Source: Candidatus Omnitrophota bacterium | GTDB taxonomy: Bacteria > Omnitrophota > Gorgyraeia > 2-01-FULL-45-10 | Length of the DNA: 56,798 bases | Assembly: GCA_041663425.1 (NCBI GenBank) | Contig: JBAYMS010000006.1 | Location: forward strand, 1 to 56,798 | Direction of reading: 5' to 3' | Shown: piece by piece, positions 18,204-27,042 of the stretch | Position numbering within the stretch: the stretch's first letter is position 1 | Layout: every line of letters begins with the position of its first letter | Made by a program: the position numbers and the translations under genes | The notes under the pieces: model-generated | Database searches by the model: none | What the model saw: the letters and a program-made list of their open reading frames with translations, nothing else | What the model was told of the DNA's origin: nothing

Positions 18204-20632
18204 AAATTCTGTTAATTTCTGACTTCTTTCCGGATCCGCGGATACCTGGCGGTGCGTCTACGAGGGTGTATCATCTTGTCCGCGAGCTCGCCAAAGAGCA
18301 TAAGATAACATTGCTGACTACCAAATGGCCGGGTGTTTCTATCGATACGGATGTTGTAAAGGATATCTGCGAACGAATTATTTTTTATGAGTTTGCCGAA
18401 AAACCCGCATGCAAAAAATCAGTTTTAGATATTTTTGGTCATAAAAACAGAGAGCGGTTAAGTGAATTAAAGCATGTTCTTTTTGAAGAACCCCACATGG
18501 TTCAGGGTGTGAGAAGGCACGATCTGTCTTTTGAACGTGCATTGAGTAGCATACCGATAGAAGAATACGATCTTATACAGGTCGAGGATTCTTATATAGC
18601 GTATAGGCTTTTTGGCATCAAAAAGAAATATCCTCATATTCCTGTGGTCATAGATCTTCATAATGTAAATGCGCTTATGGAAAGACGCAACTATGAACAT
18701 GCCAAAGGGTGGCGCTGGAGGCTATATTCGTATCTGGAATGGCGCAAGATGATCCGTTATGAGGCAAAAGTATTCCGGACTTTTGATGTTTGCCTTACCT
18801 GCTCTGATGAAGATGCGAAGATAGGGCGGTCGATGGCGCCTAAGGGCAGATTTATTACTATACCAAATGGTGTTGACACCGATGTTTTTAAAAACAGGGG
18901 TAGCTCTGTCGAACCGCACTCTATGTTCTTTTTGGGAAGCAATTGGCCTCCAAATGTCGATGGCTTGTTATATTTTAATAAATATATATATCCTAATATT
19001 AAGCAAAGAATGCCCGATGTGAAATTTTATATCATAGGCAATTTTAAAGGCAATAAAGAGGTTGAATCAATCCAGGGCAATGGAACGATCCTGACAGGAT
19101 ACGTTAAAGATGTCCGCGACTGGATGGAGAAAAGCGCTGTGTCGATAGTGCCGCTTCGTATGGGCGGAGGCACGCGCTTAAAGATACTCGAGGCTTTGTC
19201 TATGGGTAAGGCAATAGTGTCCACATCCATGGGTGCTGAGGGGATAGAAGCTGTGAACGGGGAGAGCATTATCCTGGCTGATGAACCCCAAAAATTCGCT
19301 GATGCTGTTGTGAGATTGCTGGAGAATGATATTGAGCGCCGGAAGCTGGAACGGGGCGGCAGGAAATTGGCCGAAGAGAAATATGACTGGAAGGTTGTAG
19401 GGCGCATGCTTAATCAGGCTTATTCTGTCCTGCGTCACGATGCCAAAAAGGTCCTATATGTTCTCGACATTTTCCCCGCTATATCTGAAACGTTTATATT
19501 GAATGAAATGCTGGAGCTGGAGAGAAAAGGTTTTGAAATCACAATATTCGCTAGAAAAAAAGAGGATTCAACCCCTCACAAACTTATAGAAAACTTGAAG
19601 GCGAAAGTGATTTACTTGCCGGATGCGCATGGTATTAATGCCAGAGATCTGATCTTTTCTCATGCCAGAATGCTGGCCCGCAAGCCTTTAATTTATTTAA
19701 AGACCGCTATGTTTGCGATGAAGCGAAGAGACAAAGGATTGTTCTGGTTTTTTAATGTTTCATGTTTATATGCCGATATGGCCTTAAAGTATGATTTCTC
19801 GCACATACACTCTCACTTTGCTTCGATGGCATCGTGTTATGCAATGTTTATTTCAAAGCTAACCAATAGGCCTTTTGCTTTCACCATCCATGGTTGGTAC
19901 GATCTTTATGAGGCGCCGCCTGCTGATATGGCCGACAGGGCTGACGCTGCCATGAAAGTTATTACTATTTCCGAATACAATAAAAAATATTTAGTCGAAA
20001 AATTTTGTATACCTGCTGAAAAAATCGCGGTAGTGCATTGCGGAGTGGATCTCGATTTTTTTGCTGCCATACAGCGTAATGTAAAATCAGAAAAAATAAT
20101 TCTTTCCGTTGCCCGTCTTCATCCCGTGAAACGACTGGATACTCTGGTGAAAGCTTGCGGACGGCTGAGTAGGGGAATGAGCGATTTTAAATGTGTTATA
20201 GTGGGTGATGGAGAAGAACGTAAGAAGCTTGAGAGTCTGATCGTCGGTCTGGGGCTCAGCGATCGTATCCATCTAGTCGGGACGAAACGCCTGGAAGAGG
20301 TGAGGGAGCTTTATCGTAGTACGGCCGTATATGTATTGCCGTCCGAACATGAAACTATGGGCGTTACGACTATGGAAGCTATGGCCTCGGGTGTTCCGGT
20401 CGTTTCTACAAAAATATATGGGATACCTGAACTTGTCGATGATGGAGTTAACGGGTTATTGATAAAACCCGGTGACGATGAGAGCCTGGCGCGTTATTTG
20501 AAAGAGCTGATTGAAAATGATTCCAAAAGCATGCAGTTCGGTAAAAATGGTAGAAGTAAGATAGAAAAAGAATTTAACTTAAAATACGAAGTGGATAAAC
20601 TTGTCAGGATATGGTCAGATGGAAAAAATTAG
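18200..20632 (+). CDS. Bimodular glycosyltransferase (two GT-B / GT4 modules in one 810-aa protein)
   Basis: Module 1 covers aa 1-410 (MKILLISDFFPD..., EX7E-like GGTRLKILEALSMG). Module 2 covers aa 415-810 (KKVLYVLDIFP..., ETMGVTTMEAMASGVPVV). Confidence 0.8.
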   Translation: MKILLISDFFPDPRIPGGASTRVYHLVRELAKEHKITLLTTKWPGVSIDTDVVKDICERIIFYEFAEKPACKKSVLDIFGHKNRERLSELKHVLFEEPHMVQGVRRHDLSFERALSSIPIEEYDLIQVEDSYIAYRLFGIKKKYPHIPVVIDLHNVNALMERRNYEHAKGWRWRLYSYLEWRKMIRYEAKVFRTFDVCLTCSDEDAKIGRSMAPKGRFITIPNGVDTDVFKNRGSSVEPHSMFFLGSNWPPNVDGLLYFNKYIYPNIKQRMPDVKFYIIGNFKGNKEVESIQGNGTILTGYVKDVRDWMEKSAVSIVPLRMGGGTRLKILEALSMGKAIVSTSMGAEGIEAVNGESIILADEPQKFADAVVRLLENDIERRKLERGGRKLAEEKYDWKVVGRMLNQAYSVLRHDAKKVLYVLDIFPAISETFILNEMLELERKGFEITIFARKKEDSTPHKLIENLKAKVIYLPDAHGINARDLIFSHARMLARKPLIYLKTAMFAMKRRDKGLFWFFNVSCLYADMALKYDFSHIHSHFASMASCYAMFISKLTNRPFAFTIHGWYDLYEAPPADMADRADAAMKVITISEYNKKYLVEKFCIPAEKIAVVHCGVDLDFFAAIQRNVKSEKIILSVARLHPVKRLDTLVKACGRLSRGMSDFKCVIVGDGEERKKLESLIVGLGLSDRIHLVGTKRLEEVRELYRSTAVYVLPSEHETMGVTTMEAMASGVPVVSTKIYGIPELVDDGVNGLLIKPGDDESLARYLKELIENDSKSMQFGKNGRSKIEKEFNLKYEVDKLVRIWSDGKN

Positions 20633-21527
20633 CGTTATAATCCCGGCATATAATTCAGCAAAGTATCTGGCGGAAGCGCTCGATTCTGTTTCTGCGCAGA
20701 CGTATCCTGTTTTTGAAACCATAGTGGTTGATGATGGTTCTACGGACAATACGGCTGATATTATTAAAAAATATCCCGTTGTCTGCGTTTCGCAGAAGAA
20801 CAAAGGGCCGGCGGCAGCCAGGAACGCAGGCCTCAAGATCGCCAAGGGTGATTATATTGCTTTTCTTGATAGTGATGATATGTGGTCTTCCGACAAGACG
20901 GAAAAGCAGATGAGACTTTTTAACGATCCGTCCTGTGTTATGGTCTACTCCGACATGAGCCATAGTAAAGATGGCGTGCTTATTTATAAGTCTTATCTTA
21001 AAGAGAAGAGGTATGGCTATGTGGGGTCAGGCAGGGTTTACGAAGATCTCTTAAAAGAGAATTTTATTTTTACACCTACAGTTATTGTTAAAAAAGATGT
21101 ATTCCGAAAAGTAGGTTATTTTGACGAGAACTACAAAGTTTGTGAGGATTATAAGATGTGGCTTGGTATTGCCCGGGCTAATAGCATAGGCTTCCTGGAT
21201 GAACCGCTTGTCATGAGAAGAAGGCATGGCGGGAATATTACGGGCGATAAATTTTTATATATATCATCGGGAATAAAACTTTTTAATGAGCTGCTGGAGA
21301 GCGGTAATGCATGCACAAAGAGAGTGGTAGTAAGTGAATTAAATAAAAGATTTTTCGATATGGGATACTATTATTGGTCTGAAAAAGATATGGGGATGGC
21401 AAGGGAGAATTTTCTGAAGGCTATGAGATACCCGAAAAATTGCGTCAAATCATTCCTTTACGTCATAGCGAGTTTTTTGCCGCTTTCAATACTTGATACG
21501 GCGAGAGGGCTGAAAAAATGTCTTTAG
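20619..21527 (+). CDS. Glycosyltransferase family 2
   Basis: ISVIIPAYNSAKYL...VVDDGSTDNT...FLDSDDMW. The ORF track starts at TTG 20601; ATG 20619 is preferred. Confidence 0.85.
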   Translation: MEKISVIIPAYNSAKYLAEALDSVSAQTYPVFETIVVDDGSTDNTADIIKKYPVVCVSQKNKGPAAARNAGLKIAKGDYIAFLDSDDMWSSDKTEKQMRLFNDPSCVMVYSDMSHSKDGVLIYKSYLKEKRYGYVGSGRVYEDLLKENFIFTPTVIVKKDVFRKVGYFDENYKVCEDYKMWLGIARANSIGFLDEPLVMRRRHGGNITGDKFLYISSGIKLFNELLESGNACTKRVVVSELNKRFFDMGYYYWSEKDMGMARENFLKAMRYPKNCVKSFLYVIASFLPLSILDTARGLKKCL

Positions 21528-22351
21528 TAAGCGTTGTGATACCTACTTATAATTCATCACAGTTTATCGCTGAGGCCATAGACTCAGTATTGTGTCAGAC
21601 ATATCCTGAGATCGAGGTAGTCGTAGTCGATGACGGTTCGTCTGATGATACGATTAGTGTGCTCGATGCGTATGCGAAAAATAATCAGAATAAAATAAGG
21701 TATTTTTCTCAAAAGAATTCAGGACCTGCCGCTGCGAGAAATAAAGGGATAGGGGAAGCGAAGGGTGAGTTCATAGCGTTCCTTGACAGTGATGATATGT
21801 GGTTTCCGGAAAAGATCGCTAAGCAGATGAAGAAATTTACCGAAGATCCGGAGCTCGGTCTTGTGCACACGTCCAGGGTTAAACTAAATCCGGATGGTTC
21901 TGTCGAGCCGTCCAAAACTCAAAAAAATCATGAGGGATGGGTCTTTGAAAACCTTTTGATGAGAAATTTTATCTGCACGTCATCTGTTTTGGTCAAAAAG
22001 GAATCTCTGTTAAGCGCAGGCCTATTTGATGAGAGCAGCAATATAAGCGAAGATTATGATCTCTGGCTCAGGCTTTCTCAAAAATACAGGTGCGGGTATG
22101 TGGGCGAAGCTTTGGTTGAATACAGGTTGATCCCAAAAAGCCATTCACGCCTTGACCTGAATATTTCACGCGACAGAGAGCTTGCAGCATTCTTTAAATC
22201 GCTTAAAAATTACACCGGTGACCGCGATGCTCTTACTAAGAAAAAGTTGCAGGACCTTGCATTTAGAATGACAGATACGTTTTTCTATAATAAAAACTAT
22301 AAACAGGCTGCGCTTTCTATGTTCGAGGCGCTAAAGGCGTCGTTTTTATGA
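21518..22351 (+). CDS. Glycosyltransferase family 2 (tandem paralog of 20619-21527)
   Basis: VSVVIPTYNSSQFI...VVDDGSSDDT...FLDSDDMW. Collinear with the preceding gene. Confidence 0.85.
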   Translation: MSLVSVVIPTYNSSQFIAEAIDSVLCQTYPEIEVVVVDDGSSDDTISVLDAYAKNNQNKIRYFSQKNSGPAAARNKGIGEAKGEFIAFLDSDDMWFPEKIAKQMKKFTEDPELGLVHTSRVKLNPDGSVEPSKTQKNHEGWVFENLLMRNFICTSSVLVKKESLLSAGLFDESSNISEDYDLWLRLSQKYRCGYVGEALVEYRLIPKSHSRLDLNISRDRELAAFFKSLKNYTGDRDALTKKKLQDLAFRMTDTFFYNKNYKQAALSMFEALKASFL

Positions 22352-23628
22352 GAATTCTCTTATTCGGACTAATTACGGTATTTGCTATTTTTGGCAGTTT
22401 TAGGAAGCCGAAGATAGGGTTGTTTTATTTTCTCTTCTTATTGTTTTGGCGGGATGGGTATCTTCTTGAGTATCTTCCTCAAATATATCAGGAATGGCAT
22501 ATTCCGTTAATCATGGGATGGGTGGTGCTTTTGTCATGGCTTGCATATATCGTTCCAAGCGGTGGAAAAGTCTGTGTTCCTAGGGAGATCGTGATTTTGG
22601 CGGTACTTGCGCTAGTAATATTTTTCTCAAGATATATGATCCCTGGATTGCAGAACGCGATCTATGTATTTGATGAATATATACGAATGTTAATTCTTGT
22701 GTTTCTGATCGTGAATATCATTAAGACAGAAGCTGATATAAAGCAAATTTCCTTTTTGGTTATGATCCTTACCCTCCTCCTAGTATTATATGCTTATTAC
22801 AGATATAAAACAGAGTGGCTTGAGATAGCGGTGCCCAGCGTTTATTATGTTGATAGGAATTTCTTTGCGGAATCTATTGTAGCGGTTATACCCATAGCAT
22901 TCGCATTCTACGAAACCGTTGTAGAAAAGTTTAAAAAATACGCATTTCTTCTAATGACTGTAGCACTTGCAGGCGGAGTCATCCTGACATATTCTCGTGG
23001 TGGATTGCTGGCACTGATCATAGTTTTGTTTTTTATTTTCTTAAGTTCAAAAAAGAAGATGCATATAATTGCGATAGGGCTTGTCTCTCTGGCGCTTTTA
23101 CTGCCGCATATAGGTCAAAAGTATATAGATCGTGTAGATACGGTAAAGGAGTTCGAGCAGGACAACTCCGCTATGCAGAGGATAACAACGTGGACGGCAA
23201 GCATAGAGATGATAAAAAAGAATCCTGTTTTTGGCGTGGGTGCCGGAAACTTTAACGATACTTTTATCAATTATGTTCCGGAGGAGTATTTAAAATATGC
23301 CGGTGAACGTCGAAGTATCCACAACATGTTCCTGCAGATATTTTGTGAAACCGGATTTGTGGGTGGCGGTTTATTTATACTAGTTATTATCAGTTCATTT
23401 ATAAGTTTGTATTTGATAAATAGAAAGAATAAAAGGCTGTCTCCGGAGCGGCGGCTGGATTTGACTATTCCGAATTCTTTTGGTATAAGCCTTATTGGTT
23501 TTTGCGGGGCAGGTTTTTTCTTACCGGGAGCTTACTATAGCTACATATATATAATTTTTGCTCTTATTATGGCCGCCAAGAATATTTATTCAAAAGCCAT
23601 AAGTGAAGCGGAGCTGGCAAATGGATAA
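22348..23628 (+). CDS. O-antigen polymerase/ligase-like membrane protein (Wzy_C family)
   Basis: 426 aa, about 10-12 TM helices. A periplasmic loop carries a Wzy_C-like pattern (SRGGLLALIIV ... VFGVGAGNF ... HNMFLQI). Confidence 0.75.
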   Translation: MRILLFGLITVFAIFGSFRKPKIGLFYFLFLLFWRDGYLLEYLPQIYQEWHIPLIMGWVVLLSWLAYIVPSGGKVCVPREIVILAVLALVIFFSRYMIPGLQNAIYVFDEYIRMLILVFLIVNIIKTEADIKQISFLVMILTLLLVLYAYYRYKTEWLEIAVPSVYYVDRNFFAESIVAVIPIAFAFYETVVEKFKKYAFLLMTVALAGGVILTYSRGGLLALIIVLFFIFLSSKKKMHIIAIGLVSLALLLPHIGQKYIDRVDTVKEFEQDNSAMQRITTWTASIEMIKKNPVFGVGAGNFNDTFINYVPEEYLKYAGERRSIHNMFLQIFCETGFVGGGLFILVIISSFISLYLINRKNKRLSPERRLDLTIPNSFGISLIGFCGAGFFLPGAYYSYIYIIFALIMAAKNIYSKAISEAELANG

Positions 23629-24736
23629 TAGCCGGAAAATCAAAGTAATGCATGTTATGTTGAGCCTTGAATTTGGCGGAGCGGAGAAGGTGGCTGTAAA
23701 TCTCATCAATTCGCTTCAGGGCGACAGATTTGAATTTTCGGTATGCGTGCTGGATAGGATGGGTAAGCTTCAGGAGCAATTAAACAGCGAGGTTAAAGTC
23801 AGATGTTTGGAGCGGAGAAAAGGCATTGATTTTACGCTCCCGATCCGATTTAGGAATATCATAAAAGAATTTTCTCCTGAAATCATACATTTTCACAACG
23901 TCACCCCATTTTTTTACGGCACTATAGGGGCAAGATTGGCCGGTGTGAAAAATATCGTGCTCACACAGCATGGCTCTATGGGTAAAAGCAAGCGCATGGG
24001 GTTTGCATTGCAAGTCCTATCTCGATTCGCATCTAAGGCGGTGGCGGTATCGCAAAATACACGTGATTATTTAATGCAGCTATATAAAATAGATCCGGCT
24101 AAGATCGTAACGATCGAGAACGGTGTGGACGAGAGGGTAAATGCAAAAAATCAGGCCAAAAGATCTGAGATGCGTTCTCGTTTAGGCATAAAAAACGAAT
24201 TTGTCATAGGAAGCGTGGCACGCTTGTCTCCGGAAAAAGATCATGCGACTTTATTCCGCGCTTTTGCCGAAGTGGATAAGCGAATTAAGCAGGTAAAACT
24301 TGTCGTAGTTGGTGATGGCAGCTTAAAAGAAGAGTTGATGAACCTGTCGAGAGAGCTTGGTATTGAGAAAGATGTAATTTTTGCAGGCGCTCAGAGCGAC
24401 ATCCCATCATTTCTAAATACTTTCGATTTGTTCGTTATGTCGTCTTATCGCGAGGGGATGCCGCTTACGATACTTGAAGCTATGGCTGTGGAATTGCCGG
24501 TCGTGGCGACTGACGTGGGCGATATACGCAAGATGCTGAAAGACGGAGAGACTGGACTTTTAGTGCCTCCAAGAGACCCTATGGCGATCGCTGACGCCGT
24601 GATAAAGATCTTAAGTGATGAGAAGATGCGGGATGAAATGGGTAAGGGCGGAAGAAGGCGCATGGAAGAGAAGTTTGGCCTTAATGTCATGTCGGAAAAA
24701 TACGCAGAACTATATACGGAGCTGGTGAAGAAATGA
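23621..24736 (+). CDS. Glycosyltransferase family 4 (GT-B)
   Basis: IKVMHVMLSLEFGGAEKV N-terminus and an EGMPLTILEAMAVELPVVATDVG EX7E region. ATG 23621 follows GGAG; the ORF track starts at GTG 23603. Confidence 0.85.
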   Translation: MDNSRKIKVMHVMLSLEFGGAEKVAVNLINSLQGDRFEFSVCVLDRMGKLQEQLNSEVKVRCLERRKGIDFTLPIRFRNIIKEFSPEIIHFHNVTPFFYGTIGARLAGVKNIVLTQHGSMGKSKRMGFALQVLSRFASKAVAVSQNTRDYLMQLYKIDPAKIVTIENGVDERVNAKNQAKRSEMRSRLGIKNEFVIGSVARLSPEKDHATLFRAFAEVDKRIKQVKLVVVGDGSLKEELMNLSRELGIEKDVIFAGAQSDIPSFLNTFDLFVMSSYREGMPLTILEAMAVELPVVATDVGDIRKMLKDGETGLLVPPRDPMAIADAVIKILSDEKMRDEMGKGGRRRMEEKFGLNVMSEKYAELYTELVKK

Positions 24737-27042
24737 AAGTACTTGTATACACAACTTTATTTCCAAATAGCAAGATGCCGAACCATGGTGTTTTTGTTAA
24801 GGCGAGGATTTTGCAGCTGGCAAAACTCTGCGATATAAGGGTCGTGGCGCCGGTGCCATATTTTCCGCATATAAATATAAGTAAGAAATGGTATGCGTTT
24901 AGTCAGGTTCCTGCGGAGGAAGTAATTGATGGACTGAAAGTTTATCATCCGCGTTATTTTATAACGCCCAAAATATTCAGATCTCTTTACGGGGTTTTTA
25001 TGTTTATAAGCACAATCAATTTCGTAAAAAAAATTAAAAAGGATTTCAATTTCGATCTTATAGATGCTCATTTTGTATATCCGGACGGTCTTGCCGCGGT
25101 TATGACCGGCAAATGTCTCGGAACGAAAGTGATGGTTACGGCTAGAGGGACAGATATAAATTGGTATACCAAGTTCAGGATGATACGACCTCTTGTCAGA
25201 TATGTTCTTAAAAACGCTGCACACATTGTTTCGGTGAGTTCATACCTTAAGCAAATAATGCTTGGTCTTGGGATAGATGAAGATAAAATATCGGTTATTC
25301 CAAACGGTGTGGATACGAAAAAATTATTTCCTATTCCGAGAGAGCAGGCCAGGGCGTTGCTGGGCCTTCCTACAGATAAAAAGATAATATTATCGCTGGG
25401 GCTTTTGATTGAGAGAAAAGGATTTCACTATTTAATAGATGCATTAAATTTATTAAGGGAGAAGGACGCCGTGCTTTATGTTATAGGCGAGGGTGAGTGG
25501 CGGGATAAGCTGACTGGCCTTATTAAAAAACTGCATCTGGAAAACAGAGTTAATCTTGTCGGAGAAAAAACGCATAGTGAACTTTATAAATGGTATTCTG
25601 CGGCGGATCTTTTCTGTCTTACAAGTTTACGCGAGGGACGGCCTAATGTAGTTCTGGAATCACTTGCGTGCGGAACGCCGGTATTGAGCATGGATAAGTG
25701 GGGGTTGTCTGAGATAGTGACGAGCGGCGCAGGCGCTTTGATCGATTCATATGAGCCGCACTTTATCGCGCAAAAAATAGACGAATTACTGAAAAAGCAA
25801 TGGAACCGGAATGCTATTGCTGCCACCATTTCGAGTTTAGATTGGGAAAAGACGTCCAAAGATGTTGCGGGGTTATTTAATAAAATTATATCAAAACAAG
25901 ACGTTTTGTTTTTCTCTTCAGATGACTGGAATAGCGGACTTAAAACCAGCAAGTATCATCTGGCTACGAGGCTGGCGAGAGACAACAGGGTATTTTTTAT
26001 AAACTCAATCGGATTGAGGACACCTTCAGTTTCAGCGAGCGATACAAAACGAATTTTTAAAAAACTGGCAGGATTTTTTAGAGGTGTTACAAAGGTGGGG
26101 GAAAATCTTTTTGTTTATACGCCCATAGCTATACCTTTTCAGGGGATTGGCGGTGTCAGGTTTTTAAATAATTTCATAATAACCCTGCAAATTAAATGCA
26201 TAATGGCGAAATTTGGGGTTAAGCGTCCAGACATATGGACGTTCCTTCCGAATTCACTGGGAGTGGTGAATAAGATCCCCAAGCGTAAACTTATATATTA
26301 CTGCGTAGATGAAATGAGCGCTTTTAAAGGAGTCCCCTCGGGTGTAATAAGTAAGCTGGATGAGGCGCTGACAAAAAAAGCGGATGCGGTATTTGCTGTA
26401 TCAAAGACACTATACGAGAAGAAACTCGCTTTAAATAAGAACGCATTTTACTCGCCTCACGGTGTTGATTTTGAGCTATTCAATAAGGCGATTACAGAGC
26501 AAACGGTCGATAAACCAAAAGACATATCCGATATAACCGGGCCGATCATAGGTTTCTACGGACTAATATCATCCGATTGGATTGACTATGATCTTGTGAA
26601 ATTCATTGCCGATAAAAAACCTGATTGGTCATTTGTTTTTGTGGGGAAAATAGACGTACTTAAAGATGCTCCTCCGAAAGCAAAAAATATACACTATTTA
26701 CCGGTGAAGCCATACGAGGAGCTGTATAAATATAGCCGTTTCTTCGATGTGGCAATGCTGCCATTTAATTTAAACGAGCTTACTATGAATTCGCACCCAT
26801 TGAAAATACTGGAATATTTGTCTGCGGGCAAACCCGTGGTTTCTATAGCTATTCCGGAGGCTGTAAAATACGAAAACGTTATTGAAATAGCGAAAGATCG
26901 TGAAGATTTTTTGACGAAGATAGAAAAATGTCTAAAAAATAATATTAAAACCATGGTCGATGATAGGGTTAATTTTGCATCGCTCAATTCGTGGGAGAAG
27001 AGGTTCAGTGAAATACAGAAAACTATTAATAATCATAATTAG
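24733..27042 (+). CDS. Bimodular glycosyltransferase (GT4 module plus a second GT-B-like module)
   Basis: aa 1-385 form a GT4 module (REGRPNVVLESLACGTPVL). aa 390-769 form a second GT-B-like module that starts VLFFSSDDWNSGLKTSKYHLA. Confidence 0.75.
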   Translation: MKVLVYTTLFPNSKMPNHGVFVKARILQLAKLCDIRVVAPVPYFPHINISKKWYAFSQVPAEEVIDGLKVYHPRYFITPKIFRSLYGVFMFISTINFVKKIKKDFNFDLIDAHFVYPDGLAAVMTGKCLGTKVMVTARGTDINWYTKFRMIRPLVRYVLKNAAHIVSVSSYLKQIMLGLGIDEDKISVIPNGVDTKKLFPIPREQARALLGLPTDKKIILSLGLLIERKGFHYLIDALNLLREKDAVLYVIGEGEWRDKLTGLIKKLHLENRVNLVGEKTHSELYKWYSAADLFCLTSLREGRPNVVLESLACGTPVLSMDKWGLSEIVTSGAGALIDSYEPHFIAQKIDELLKKQWNRNAIAATISSLDWEKTSKDVAGLFNKIISKQDVLFFSSDDWNSGLKTSKYHLATRLARDNRVFFINSIGLRTPSVSASDTKRIFKKLAGFFRGVTKVGENLFVYTPIAIPFQGIGGVRFLNNFIITLQIKCIMAKFGVKRPDIWTFLPNSLGVVNKIPKRKLIYYCVDEMSAFKGVPSGVISKLDEALTKKADAVFAVSKTLYEKKLALNKNAFYSPHGVDFELFNKAITEQTVDKPKDISDITGPIIGFYGLISSDWIDYDLVKFIADKKPDWSFVFVGKIDVLKDAPPKAKNIHYLPVKPYEELYKYSRFFDVAMLPFNLNELTMNSHPLKILEYLSAGKPVVSIAIPEAVKYENVIEIAKDREDFLTKIEKCLKNNIKTMVDDRVNFASLNSWEKRFSEIQKTINNHN

